From: Bacteroidota bacterium | GTDB lineage: Bacteria > Bacteroidota > Bacteroidia > Palsa-948 | Assembly (NCBI GenBank): GCA_016213405.1 | Contig: JACRAM010000012.1 | Span: 3,948-67,947, forward strand | Length of the DNA: 64,000 nucleotides | Direction: 5' to 3' | Part shown: one piece after another, positions 10,001 to 18,400 of the stretch | Layout: each line of letters starts with the position of its first letter | Numbering within the stretch: position 1 is the first letter of the stretch | Program-made: the position numbers and the translations under genes | Notes under the pieces: model-generated | Database searches by the model: none | The model's input: only the letters and a program-made list of their open reading frames with translations | Told to the model about the DNA's origin: nothing

Positions 10001-11235
10001 GATGCACAAACACAAACACATTTACTATTATTGAGCCACCGGCAATTACTGTAATCACATTTCAAAACAATGTTACCTGCAACGGGTTGAGTAACGGGCA
10101 ATCCTTTGCTGTTGTGAATGGGGGAACTCCCGGTTATTCTTATTTGTGGAGCAACGGGCAAACTACTCAAACTGCTACGGGTTTTTCTGCGGGAAATTAT
10201 TCTCTTACCGTTACTGATGCAAGCGGATGTACAACCACATTTGCCCTCACTATCACTCAACCCTTAGTAATTTCACCCAACACCTCTCAATCAATTGCCA
10301 CCTGCGGAAATAATGATGGAACCGCAACTTCAAATACATCAGGAGGTACTCCGGCTTATACTTATTCATGGAACAACGGACAAACCACACAAACAGCAAG
10401 CGGGCTTACTCCCTATACAATTTACACCGTCACAATTACTGATTCGTATGGATGCACTGCATCAGATACTGTTTCGGTGGGACAGGCAGGTCCACCGGTT
10501 GCAAACATCACAGGCAATACAATTATCTGCAATGGAAACAATACAGCGCTTACTGCATCGGGCGGATTAACATATGTCTGGAATACGTTTGCCACCACAA
10601 CATCCATTACCGTTTCTCCCAACGCTTCAACAAATTATTCTGTGGTTGCGACAAACGGTGCCTGCTCAGATACTGCTTTTATTTCCGTAACCGTAAATCC
10701 TACGCCAACCGCAAGTGCAGGAACAGACACCACCATTATGCAGTTTGAATCTACAACGCTTAATGGAAATGGCGGAACAAGTTATCAATGGTTTCCTCCA
10801 ACTGATTTGTCATGCCTGAATTGTCAAAACCCATCTGCTTCGCCAAACGCTACCACTACTTATATAGTCATTGTTACGGATGCAAACGGATGCACAGCGA
10901 TTGACTCTGTAACAATTTTTGTTACACCGATAGAATGTAATGATCCGTATTTGCCAAACGCTTTTTCACCAAATGGCGATGGAGAAAATGATGTGTTGAA
11001 AATTTACAGCAAAGTTCCCGAATGTATTGTTGATGTAAAACTTGTGATTTACAACCGCTGGGGAGAAAAAGTTTTCCAGACCGAAGATCCCACCTTTGAA
11101 TGGGACGGAACGTATAACCGAGCCATTCTGAATAACCACCTGGCGGGAACAGAAGTGTTTGTTTACAAGTTGGAGGTGACGGTTTTTCCAGACAAACAAT
11201 TTAAGAAAACCGGAAATATTTCACTGGTACAATAA
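7009..11235 (+). CDS. Large T9SS type-B cargo surface protein (beta-helix-like N-domain, Gly-rich core, SprB-type repeats, gliding-motility C-terminal domain)
   Basis: 1408-aa ORF with a signal-peptide-like N-terminus. It has six N.TC.G.NDG....V..GGT..YTY.WS......A..L.AGNY..TVTD.NGC units (SprB-repeat pattern). The C-terminus PNAFSPNGDGENDVLKIY..IYNRWGEKVF..WDGTY is a type B CTD. Confidence 0.9.
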   Translation: MKVHLLFISYLFSAIILPSLSGERLGSKVSAQQCDIIYVTVNGAASGAAGTQANPADLTYGLTLVTATANQLWLATGTYTISTPLFIPSNVTIEGGFNAVTWAKSNGTPSIIYRDANNPAGPPANALFALVGTSVSGFRLQDLTINTANAPGNGTTVYGIYLDGCSNYNITRCEVSTGSGAPGFPSVNGTPGTPGGNGSPGNAGMAEPGPIPGGAGGIGTLYNGGNGANTTGYDNQSAGAAGAGACGGAGGAGGTGPSCSAGCFFGPPSCGSTTPGQPGQPGGNGTVGTTGTVGTPGSIAGCYFVPGGAGGNGGNGTDGCGGGGGGAGGGRQENGADDWGGSGGGGGGGGSGGTGGTGGTGGGGSFAVFLCNNGAGGIIQDCFLNPGAGGTGGFGTGGAGGAGGIGGAGGAAGVCSNGVGGNGGNGGNGGAGGDGGPGATGLSIVLSENGGTPVTNLGVTSVPGNPPVITVMNHGCTNSEVVFTAASSATWNFGAGASPATGNGAGPISVYYSSLGRKTISFSGTNFTDFINIFQNGPALPSISTASTTIASGCPTLFSTSLTGTYYQWYFPSSANPDSVVGASATSANNIIFFSTGTYTIYLYVTTACCGRVKDSLTVTVLPSALNISLNPSPASVCAGSSLTFTATPPGYTGYNFFLNGVSVQNGAGNTFTSSTLLNGDSIMVMVTNGTCFNGTNAMVVTVNPVPVANISAQANVLCFGGNNGSATASVTVGGSPFTYLWSNSQSGATASNLTAGNYSVLITDANGCTTSQSVSITQPAASLSSSVTSTNITCNGMNDGTAFVNANGGTGSYTYNWSPSGGSAASATGLIAGNYTATVTDANGCTNTNTFTITQPAVLTASVTSTNVTCFGFNNGTSTVTAAGGTGAYTYAWFPSGGNSSAASNLSPGNYTITVTDVNGCTNTNSITITQPGAALTASVTSTNISCNGANDGTASVNANGGTVGYTYNWSPSGGTSSSASGLTAGNYTTTVTDANGCTNTNTFTIIEPPAITVITFQNNVTCNGLSNGQSFAVVNGGTPGYSYLWSNGQTTQTATGFSAGNYSLTVTDASGCTTTFALTITQPLVISPNTSQSIATCGNNDGTATSNTSGGTPAYTYSWNNGQTTQTASGLTPYTIYTVTITDSYGCTASDTVSVGQAGPPVANITGNTIICNGNNTALTASGGLTYVWNTFATTTSITVSPNASTNYSVVATNGACSDTAFISVTVNPTPTASAGTDTTIMQFESTTLNGNGGTSYQWFPPTDLSCLNCQNPSASPNATTTYIVIVTDANGCTAIDSVTIFVTPIECNDPYLPNAFSPNGDGENDVLKIYSKVPECIVDVKLVIYNRWGEKVFQTEDPTFEWDGTYNRAILNNHLAGTEVFVYKLEVTVFPDKQFKKTGNISLVQ
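7560..8335 (+). repeat. Glycine-rich low-complexity coding core (GGxGG / GTPG runs)
   Basis: The translation runs GTPGTPGGNGSPGNAG ... GGGGGGAGGG ... GGSGGGGGGGGSGGTGGTGGTGGGGS ... GGNGGNGGNGGAGGDGGPGATG. GGN codon runs make the stretch GC-rich and create long spurious antisense ORFs. Confidence 0.85.
9130..10490 (+). repeat. Six tandem SprB-type repeat units
   Basis: ~75-aa units beginning ANVLCFGGNNGSA, TNITCNGMNDGTA, TNVTCFGFNNGTS, TNISCNGANDGTA, NNVTCNGLSNGQS and SIATCGNNDGTA. Confidence 0.8.
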
Positions 11236-11335
11236 ATTCGGAATCTATAACATTGTTGAGTCCCAGCCTGCTTTAGGAAGTTAGGTGTGATGGTTATTCT
11301 ATTAGGATTAAAATTATAGCTGCGAGAGGGGGAAT

Positions 11336-14077
11336 TTAATTCTCAAATTCTTTTGAAAAACTTCTTTCCATTAAGGCAGATTGTTCGCGCTCATGTGCAA
11401 GATGAGATCCTGTAGCAGGGCTTGCACTTGCATGTCTTGAAATTAATTTTAACGAAACACCCTTAACCGTGCGAAGTATATAGTTCCATGCTCCCATATT
11501 CTCAGGTTCTTCCTGAGTCCAAACCCATTCTGAAACATTTTTGTATTTTGAAATCACTTGCTGGAATTGTTTTTCCGGAAAGGGATATAATTGTTCCAGA
11601 CGTATAATGGCAATATGATCTGCTTTATCTTTCTCTTTACGTTCAAGTAATTCGAAATAAATTTTTCCCGAACAAAAAATCACGCGGGATATTTGTTTTG
11701 CATCGGTAGAAACATCATCAATGATTTCTTTAAAGCTACCTTTCACCATATCCTCCATGGTGGAAACGCAACGCGGGTGGCGCAACAAACTCTTCGGGGT
11801 AAATACAATCAGCGGTTTTCTGAAATCTCTTTTCATTTGCCTTCTCAAAACATGAAAAAAATTAGCGGGAGTAGTACAGTTTACTATCTGCATGTTTTCT
11901 TCAGCGCATAATTGCAAAAATCTTTCCAGCCTTGCGCTTGAGTGCTCAGCTCCCTGGCCTTCATAACCGTGCGGAAGCAGCAAAACAATACCGTTCATCA
12001 GTTTCCATTTATCTTCTGCATTACTTATGTATTGGTCAATGATTACCTGGGCACCATTGTTAAAATCTCCGAACTGCGCTTCCCAGATAACGAGTGTGTT
12101 TGGAGAAGACAATGCATATCCATATTCAAAACCGAGCACGGCATATTCGCTAAGCAAGCTGTTGCAGATATAAAAAGCCGCTTGCCCTTTTTTTACATTG
12201 TTCAAGGGGCTGTATTGTTCTTCGCTGTCTTCCACAGGAACCACAGCATGACGGTGAGAAAATGTTCCTCGCTCAACATCCTGCCCGCTGAACCAAACAG
12301 GAAATCCTTCGGATACCAAAGAACCGTAGGCTAGCAGTTCAGCCATAGCCCAGTTTATATTTTCCCCCTTCTGAATCATTGCTTTTCTGTCAGCAAATAA
12401 TTTGGTCGTTTTGTTAAAGAATTTTTTTTCTGAAGGCAAATCGGTAATGCGTTCTCCTATTTCAAGCAACGTATTTTTATCCACTCCTGTTTCGGGCGAA
12501 GCTTCAAAATCTTTTTTCTCCGCCACACGAAATCCTTTCCATTTCCCTTTTGGGTATTCTTCCGAATCGGGGCTGCTCATTTCCTTTGCTAATTTGGCAA
12601 CTTCCATATTTTTCTGAAGCAGTTTTTTAAACTCCAGTTCTATCTCTTTCACCTGATCAGCTTCAATGTCGCCTTGTTGCAATAATTTTTTGGAATATAT
12701 CTCCAAAAGATTCGGGTGTGCAGCAATGGCTTTGTACAATAAGGGTTGTGTGAAGCGCGGCTCATCGTTTTCATTGTGCCCATATTTCCGGAAACCCAAA
12801 ATATCTATGAACACATCGCGATGAAATTTCTGTCGGAATTCCATCGCCAGTTGAATGGTATACACCAGCGCTTCCACATCATCACTATTCACGTGGAAGA
12901 CAGGCGATAAGGTTACTTTTGCCACATCGGTGCAATAGGTGGATGAGCGTCCATCAATGTAATTGGTCGTAAAACCAATTTGGTTATTCACTACAATGTG
13001 AATGGTCCCTCCTGTTTTGAATCCGCGAAGTTGCGACATCTGAATAACTTCATACACAACGCCCTGAGCTGCGATGGCGGCATCGCCATGAATGAGAATA
13101 GGCGCAATCCATTTCTCATTCCCGCCCTCTGTGTTATCCATTTTGGAACGAACGATTCCCTGCACCACAGGATCAACAGCTTCCAGATGTGATGGATTGG
13201 GCGCTAAACTTAAATGAACTTTCTTTCCTGTATTTGTAAGAACATCGCTGGAAAATCCCAGATGATATTTTACATCTCCGGCAAAAGTGATGTTGTCGTA
13301 TTCCAATCCTTCAAACTCTGTAAATATTTCTTCGTATGATTTGCCTAAAATATTTGCCAGCACACTCAATCTTCCGCGATGCGACATGCCGATAACAAAT
13401 TCTTTAATACCCATTTCAGCACCGCAATCAATCACAGCATCCAATGCGGGAATGAGTGCTTCGCATCCTTCAAGTGAAAAACTTTTTTGACCTACAAATT
13501 TTGTGTGAATAAAACTCTCGAAAGCTACCGCCTCGCTCACCTTTTTCAGAATGCGTTTTTTTTCTTCGGCAGAAAAGTTTTTTGAATTACGCGTGCTTTC
13601 CATTTTCTGCTCCAGCCAATCCACCACTTCGGGTGTGCGGATGTATTTATATTCGGCACCAACACTTTCGCAATAGGTTGCGTCCAGATGAGCTATGATA
13701 TCTTTCAGCGTTGCGTCCCCAATGCCGAGCATTGAACCCGCATGAAAAACAGTTTCAAGGTCGTTAGGTGTAAGTCCGAAATTTTCTATTTCGAGTGTGG
13801 GAGAATATTTTCTGCGTGTTCGAACCGGATTTGTTTTGGTGAATAAATGTCCGCGCGAACGATATCCGTTGATGAGGTTAATGACTTTAAATTCCGCCTG
13901 AATATTTTTTCCACCCGATGACAAAGTATCAGGAGGATGTTTTAATTGTGCAAATTCAAAGCCTTCAAAAAATATACGCCAGTTATCATCTACTGATTCA
14001 GGGTTTTGAAGATATTGTTTATACAACGATTCAATCTTTGAATTTTCATCCATGCTTAGGTTATTATATTCCTCCAT
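11336..14077 (-). CDS. sucA: 2-oxoglutarate dehydrogenase E1 component
   Basis: 913-aa ORF. N-terminus ..IESLYKQYLQNPESVDDNWRIFFEGFEF. ThDP-enzyme motifs (GMSHRGRLSVLAN, HGDAAIAAQGVVYE, LLLPHGYEGQGAEHSSARLERFLQ) are characteristic of SucA. Confidence 0.95.
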   Translation of the reverse strand: MEEYNNLSMDENSKIESLYKQYLQNPESVDDNWRIFFEGFEFAQLKHPPDTLSSGGKNIQAEFKVINLINGYRSRGHLFTKTNPVRTRRKYSPTLEIENFGLTPNDLETVFHAGSMLGIGDATLKDIIAHLDATYCESVGAEYKYIRTPEVVDWLEQKMESTRNSKNFSAEEKKRILKKVSEAVAFESFIHTKFVGQKSFSLEGCEALIPALDAVIDCGAEMGIKEFVIGMSHRGRLSVLANILGKSYEEIFTEFEGLEYDNITFAGDVKYHLGFSSDVLTNTGKKVHLSLAPNPSHLEAVDPVVQGIVRSKMDNTEGGNEKWIAPILIHGDAAIAAQGVVYEVIQMSQLRGFKTGGTIHIVVNNQIGFTTNYIDGRSSTYCTDVAKVTLSPVFHVNSDDVEALVYTIQLAMEFRQKFHRDVFIDILGFRKYGHNENDEPRFTQPLLYKAIAAHPNLLEIYSKKLLQQGDIEADQVKEIELEFKKLLQKNMEVAKLAKEMSSPDSEEYPKGKWKGFRVAEKKDFEASPETGVDKNTLLEIGERITDLPSEKKFFNKTTKLFADRKAMIQKGENINWAMAELLAYGSLVSEGFPVWFSGQDVERGTFSHRHAVVPVEDSEEQYSPLNNVKKGQAAFYICNSLLSEYAVLGFEYGYALSSPNTLVIWEAQFGDFNNGAQVIIDQYISNAEDKWKLMNGIVLLLPHGYEGQGAEHSSARLERFLQLCAEENMQIVNCTTPANFFHVLRRQMKRDFRKPLIVFTPKSLLRHPRCVSTMEDMVKGSFKEIIDDVSTDAKQISRVIFCSGKIYFELLERKEKDKADHIAIIRLEQLYPFPEKQFQQVISKYKNVSEWVWTQEEPENMGAWNYILRTVKGVSLKLISRHASASPATGSHLAHEREQSALMERSFSKEFEN

Positions 14078-14173
14078 GATGCAAAGTTAATTATCGCGCA
14101 GAATGTTCGTTAATCATTATTCTGCACCCCATCGGGCAAGAACAGGAATTACATCCTCTCCATATACCGAACT

Positions 14174-14214
14174 AAAAACAAAAAACACCTGTAAGTATTA
14201 AACTCACAAGTGTT
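14174..14214 (-). terminator. Hairpin + T-run, probably the original tRNA-Glu terminator displaced by the island
   Basis: On the minus strand the sequence reads aacacttgtgag-tttaata-cttacaggtgtt followed by ttttgttttt. It starts 15 nt beyond the partial tRNA 3'-end copy at 14229-14243. The stem has 2 mismatches. Confidence 0.55.
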
Positions 14215-14228
14215 TCTGTGATGGATTC

Positions 14229-14243
14229 GTAGCCCGTAGGGGA
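14229..14243. repeat. attL-type core (gtagcccgtagggga), distal copy of the tRNA-Glu 3' end
   Basis: Exact 15/15 match to 26092-26106. Confidence 0.8.
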
Positions 14244-14360
14244 CTTTTAAATGTCTTTTCTGCCTTTTCTTCTTTTGCCTTCATTTGTTGTATTACACTA
14301 TGGTTTTAGAGTGAAATTTGTTGATTAAGCACAAAGTAAGATAAAGAGCAAAGAACTAAA

Positions 14361-14384
14361 AAGTGTCCCCCAAAGTGTCCCCCA
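14361..14384 (+). promoter_or_regulatory. Tandem 12-bp motif aagtgtccccca x2 (candidate recombinase arm site, left end)
   Basis: Read directly. The same tandem motif recurs in the same orientation at 26022-26045. Confidence 0.5.
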
Positions 14385-14427
14385 ATATAAGTTTCTTTTA
14401 CCTTTACCATAACTAAATAATATTATC

Positions 14428-15660
14428 ATGGCAAAAGTAAACTTTTATTTAAAAGACAAAAAGGCAAAAACAGAAACTTTGGTTTATCTGTTTTTTAGTT
14501 ACAACAATGAACGCCTGAAATATTCCACAGGCGAAAAGATACATCCTAAGAATTGGAACTTTGACAATCAAAGGGTGAAAAAATCTTTTTCAGGCAGTTT
14601 AGAGATGAACAATTTATTTGACCGTATAGGAGAAGGGGTACAAAAAATACACAGAGTTGCAATAACTGAAAATCACAATCTAACAAACGAATATCTCAAA
14701 GGAAAACTTGATAAACAAATTAACCCCGATAGAAATTTGCCAAAGGATTTTTTTGATTTCCTGAGTGAATTTATTGAAGTAAACAAAGTATCTAAGACAC
14801 ATCGCACCATTCAGAAATACAAAACATTAGAAAATCACTTGAAAGATTTTCAAACCAAGAAAAATTTTAAACTCTCCTTTGAAAAAATTGATGCAAGGTT
14901 TTACGAACAATTAACAGCATACTTCATAGGTGATTTAAAACTTTTAAACAATTCAAGTGCCAAATACATAAAAACACTAAAAACATTTTTGCATTGGGCA
15001 ACTGAAAGAGGGTATAACGCAAATCTTTCTTTCGTAAAATTTAAAGCACAGGAAAGGGACGCTGATATTATTTATCTCACAGAAGAAGAACTTTTACGCC
15101 TATACAATTTTGACCTTTCTAAAAAAACTGCACAGGAAAATGTAAGGGATGTATTTTGTTTTGGTTGCTTTACTGGATTAAGATACTCAGATATTATTCG
15201 AGTAAAAAAGGAACACATTAAAGGGGATGAATTGCATTTTATATCTGAGAAAACAACCGACCGTTTAATTATTCCTTTAAGTAACTACGCAAAAGCAATT
15301 CTCAAAAAGCATAAATATTCTTTACCAGTTGTTTCAAATCAAAAAACAAACGAACACTTAAAAGAAATAGGCAAGTTGGAAGGGATAGAGATAGACGAAC
15401 CCATTGTCTTGACAAAGTTTCGTGGTGTGGAAGAAATTCAGATTAGAAAACCGAAACATGAATTTCTTTCTTCGCACACAGCAAGACGAACTTTTGTAAC
15501 TCTTTCACTTGAAAAAGGAATGAGACCTGAAACGGTGATGAGCATAACAGGACACAAGGAGTACGCTACTTTCAAAAAGTATATTAAAATTACAAGCAAG
15601 GTTAAACTTGTTGAAATGAAAAGGATTTGGAACAGACCGCAACTAAAAGCAGTATCCTAA
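14428..15660 (+). CDS. Tyrosine-type site-specific recombinase (phage integrase family)
   Basis: 410 aa. The N-terminus resembles an arm-binding/SAM-like region (AKVNFYLKDKKAKTETLVYLFFSYNNERLKYSTGEKI). Catalytic-domain residues are visible: GLRYSDI (Arg), SSHTARRTF (HxxR), GHKEYATFKKYI (His..Tyr). Confidence 0.9.
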   Translation: MAKVNFYLKDKKAKTETLVYLFFSYNNERLKYSTGEKIHPKNWNFDNQRVKKSFSGSLEMNNLFDRIGEGVQKIHRVAITENHNLTNEYLKGKLDKQINPDRNLPKDFFDFLSEFIEVNKVSKTHRTIQKYKTLENHLKDFQTKKNFKLSFEKIDARFYEQLTAYFIGDLKLLNNSSAKYIKTLKTFLHWATERGYNANLSFVKFKAQERDADIIYLTEEELLRLYNFDLSKKTAQENVRDVFCFGCFTGLRYSDIIRVKKEHIKGDELHFISEKTTDRLIIPLSNYAKAILKKHKYSLPVVSNQKTNEHLKEIGKLEGIEIDEPIVLTKFRGVEEIQIRKPKHEFLSSHTARRTFVTLSLEKGMRPETVMSITGHKEYATFKKYIKITSKVKLVEMKRIWNRPQLKAVS

Positions 15661-15678
15661 TCTTTACCCTTTTTTATT

Positions 15679-15686
15679 TACCTTTG
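15679..15686 (+). promoter_or_regulatory. Candidate -7 box (TACCTTTG) upstream of the HEPN gene
   Basis: Matches TAnnTTTG, 7 nt before the TTG start proposed by the ORF track. Confidence 0.25.
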
Positions 15687-15692
15687 CTCTAA

Positions 15693-16085
15693 TTGAGCAA
15701 GCAGAAACATATTGACCATTGGTTAGCAAGCGCAGACAAGGACTGGGATGTGTTGCTCCACTTGATAAAAGGCAAAAAATATGTTCATGCTTTGTTTTTC
15801 GGACATCTCTATTTGGAAAAACTTTCTAAAGCATTATGGGTACAAAACAATTCTGAAAACCATCCACCGAGAACACACAATTTGTTAAAGTTGCTGAATG
15901 AAGCAAATGTTTCACTGGGTGAAAATGACCAACTGTTTTTACTCAAACTCAACAAATATCAGATTGAAGGACGTTACCCCGAAGACATTGAAAAACTTTA
16001 TGCCATCACGCACAAAGAATTAGCAACCGAATACATTAAAACAATTAAACAACTTCAACTATGGCTGCGAAAACAACTGCGATAA
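15693..16085 (+). CDS. HEPN domain protein (toxin-like partner of MNT)
   Basis: 130 aa. ..HALFFGHLYLEKLSKALW.. and ..YQIEGRYPED.. resemble the HEPN (kanamycin-NT C-terminal-like) family. It overlaps the downstream nucleotidyltransferase gene by 25 bp. The start is TTG in the ORF track, so the start site is uncertain. Confidence 0.7.
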   Translation: MSKQKHIDHWLASADKDWDVLLHLIKGKKYVHALFFGHLYLEKLSKALWVQNNSENHPPRTHNLLKLLNEANVSLGENDQLFLLKLNKYQIEGRYPEDIEKLYAITHKELATEYIKTIKQLQLWLRKQLR

Positions 16086-16375
16086 ACTATTCAAAAAGAT
16101 TTTTGAACGCCTGCAAGGAACTACCCATTAAAATTGACAGGGCAATTCTTTTCGGCTCTGTGGCGCGGGGTAAAGCAACTTCCGATTCAGATATTGATTT
16201 GGCTTTATTTTCGGATAGTTTTTCAAATAACATTCTGAAAAATATTGACTTGCTCGGCAAGGTGCTGATTCATTATCCCGAATTAGATGTGCATACTTTC
16301 CCTTCACACAGCCAGAAGAAAGATAGCATGATGGAAGATGAAATAAAACAAACAGGCATTGCAATAAAAGTTTGA
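16061..16375 (+). CDS. Minimal nucleotidyltransferase (MNT) domain protein
   Basis: 104 aa with LFGSVARGKATSDSDIDLALF, the GS..RG..(D/E).D pol-beta-type nucleotidyltransferase signature. Confidence 0.85.
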   Translation: MAAKTTAINYSKRFLNACKELPIKIDRAILFGSVARGKATSDSDIDLALFSDSFSNNILKNIDLLGKVLIHYPELDVHTFPSHSQKKDSMMEDEIKQTGIAIKV

Positions 16376-16474
16376 AGTCAGTTGAGTAGATAAGTTGCAC
16401 AGCATTTTCACAGATAAAAGTTTTGATGTAAATAGAAAACTTCACTTTTCTATACAACTTTTTTATTTTTTTGC

Positions 16475-17023
16475 ATGAAACAACAACAAACATCAGGATT
16501 GTTAAACTGGAATCCGACAAAAGGAAATCCATTTGATTATCAAATCCACAATTACAAAGACACTATTTCAAATGATACGGAATGGAAGATTGAAAAGCGA
16601 ACAAACACCAAAGAGAAACCAATCAAACAAATTTATTTTTTTCATCATTTGAAAACTCTTGCAAGTTTGAATTTAAAATTTATTGAATTGCTGAATGGCG
16701 TTGATAAGGGTAATATAGTTACGCTTCTTGATAAGCAATACATTGATTGCACAAAACCGATAGTGGTATGGTTTACTTATCCCTTTAGCCAAAACGTAAA
16801 AGCAACCATCTATCCGCTTGTAAGAACATTTGATGAAAGCAAACAACAAATCATATCTGAACACGCAGGATATTTAATATGGCAGATTGCAAGAGTATAT
16901 GCCGAAATTTATCAAAATCATTGGGAAAGTGTTGGCATATATGGACACGGATTTGCAGATTTATATTTGGAAGGACTTGAGTTCTTCAAAAACAATGAAG
17001 TTGAATTGCTGATGGGCGCATAG
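16475..17023 (+). CDS. Hypothetical protein, no recognisable family
   Basis: 182-aa ORF with ordinary, non-low-complexity composition, co-oriented with the rest of the island. I recognise no motif. Confidence 0.6.
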   Translation: MKQQQTSGLLNWNPTKGNPFDYQIHNYKDTISNDTEWKIEKRTNTKEKPIKQIYFFHHLKTLASLNLKFIELLNGVDKGNIVTLLDKQYIDCTKPIVVWFTYPFSQNVKATIYPLVRTFDESKQQIISEHAGYLIWQIARVYAEIYQNHWESVGIYGHGFADLYLEGLEFFKNNEVELLMGA

Positions 17024-17029
17024 ATTTTT

Positions 17030-17246
17030 TTCTTGCTTCTTTGTTGGTGAAAATATTTTTTTCACGCAAAAGAAAACAAAAACGAAAAAAAATAAAAACT
17101 TGAAAACTTGAAAACTTGAAAAAAATAAAAAAACACAAGAAACAGCATTGTATTGAAAAAAAAGCAAAAAAAGAAACATAGAAACGAAAAAAAGAAACAG
17201 AAATAAAAAACTAAAAAAAAGAAAATCCAAAAATAAAAAATTTAAA
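17030..17246 (+). repeat. Polypurine A-rich tract with 3 x aaaacttg and repeated agaaac(a/g) words
   Basis: ~215 bp almost devoid of T/C on the plus strand. It contains the tandem aaaacttgaaaacttgaaaacttg (17090-17113) and agaaacag/agaaacat/agaaacga/agaaacag words. Confidence 0.8.
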
Positions 17247-18299
17247 ATGCTTAGAAAAGTTGATAAGCCAGACCAATTTGATGAGTTTATGGAAGCAATC
17301 ATGCTTCTTGGCAAAGCATCAGTTGAAAATTCTAAGTATTACGAAACAAAAAGAAAAACACTTTACACAGAATTAGAAAAACTTAAAACACCAGAAGAAA
17401 AAATAAAGTTTTTGGAAAACGAAAAAATAAAAAACCATGACGACCTAATTGAAAAAAAGAAAAAATATTACAATAATGAAAATGTAAACATGGTAAGTAT
17501 TGAACATTTGTATAAAAGGTTTGATAAGGAAATTTCAGGCGAGATTGCTAAATATGAACCTTTAATAAAAACAAAACAAAAAAATACAATGAATCCTCTT
17601 TCTAATGACGAAATTATTTCTTCTGGTCTTTTAAATAAAGCAATAGAGAATCATAAATTCTATTTAGATGAAAAACAAAAACGATTTCAGGAATTAAAAA
17701 AGAGAAAAACATACTATGAAAAATGCGAATATTTAATGACGAACAAAGCAAACCTAATTGAACTTGCACAGGAACATCAAAACGAAATATTAAAAACTTC
17801 AACCGCAGACGAAAGGGCTTATGATATTGATGTAATGGCAGGAGTGTTGGAAAGATTAAAATACGAAAATGAATCCTTATTACAGGAATACAAACCCTTC
17901 CTTGCTTTAGAAATCGAAAATAATAAACAAAAAGAAAAAAAGGAAAATTCAGAAAACGAGAAAAATAAAAATGCAGATGAATTAGATTTAACGGAACAAA
18001 TTTTACTTATCAGTTATTTGCAGGACGAGGGATTATTTGTTAAACGCAAACCACAGCAAACCGAAAAAAATATACAGGATTTAATTGCACTTCTTTTGAA
18101 CCAAAATTATGAAACTATAAAATCAAAATTTCAAGATATTAAAACCATAAAAGAAGGTAGAATTACCTCCGCACAAGCAAGACATAAAATAAAAAATCTA
18201 AAAAATATTTCCGAAATTTTTAAAACAATTAGCGCAGATAATACCTACAAAAAAATAAACGAGCGAATAACAGAATTAGAAAAAATTGCTAATTCTTAA
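17247..18299 (+). CDS. Hypothetical Lys/Glu-rich, probably coiled-coil protein
   Basis: 350-aa ORF, highly charged (runs of K/E/N). No catalytic motif was recognised. Confidence 0.6.
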   Translation: MLRKVDKPDQFDEFMEAIMLLGKASVENSKYYETKRKTLYTELEKLKTPEEKIKFLENEKIKNHDDLIEKKKKYYNNENVNMVSIEHLYKRFDKEISGEIAKYEPLIKTKQKNTMNPLSNDEIISSGLLNKAIENHKFYLDEKQKRFQELKKRKTYYEKCEYLMTNKANLIELAQEHQNEILKTSTADERAYDIDVMAGVLERLKYENESLLQEYKPFLALEIENNKQKEKKENSENEKNKNADELDLTEQILLISYLQDEGLFVKRKPQQTEKNIQDLIALLLNQNYETIKSKFQDIKTIKEGRITSAQARHKIKNLKNISEIFKTISADNTYKKINERITELEKIANS

Positions 18300-18400
18300 C
18301 TCATTTTTTCTTTTCTTAAAGTTCGGGGCTACCCCGAACCCTACCCCCGCAGTTAAGCAGACATACCTTTGGCAAAGAATTTCAAAAAATACTTTGTCAA

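Noticed and set aside
11336-14077. sucA without an adjacent sucB (E2) gene
   Set aside because: The downstream side is occupied by a convergent adhesin gene. Separation of sucA and sucB is not rare, and nothing in the sequence indicates a rearrangement scar.
14098-14127. Inverted repeat gcagaat-N14-attctgc just upstream of the sucA start
   Set aside because: The 7-bp stem has a large loop, there is only a single copy, and no recognisable operator consensus. I noted it only.
16961-17314. 117-aa minus-strand Phe/Leu-rich ORF
   Set aside because: It is the complement of the polypurine A-rich tract and overlaps both flanking plus-strand ORFs. Its composition is an artefact.
18318-18339. Perfect 8-bp hairpin gttcgggg-cta-ccccgaac after ORF 17247-18299 as an intrinsic terminator
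   Set aside because: No T-run follows on either strand. It may still be a terminator or protein site, but the evidence is insufficient for a feature call.
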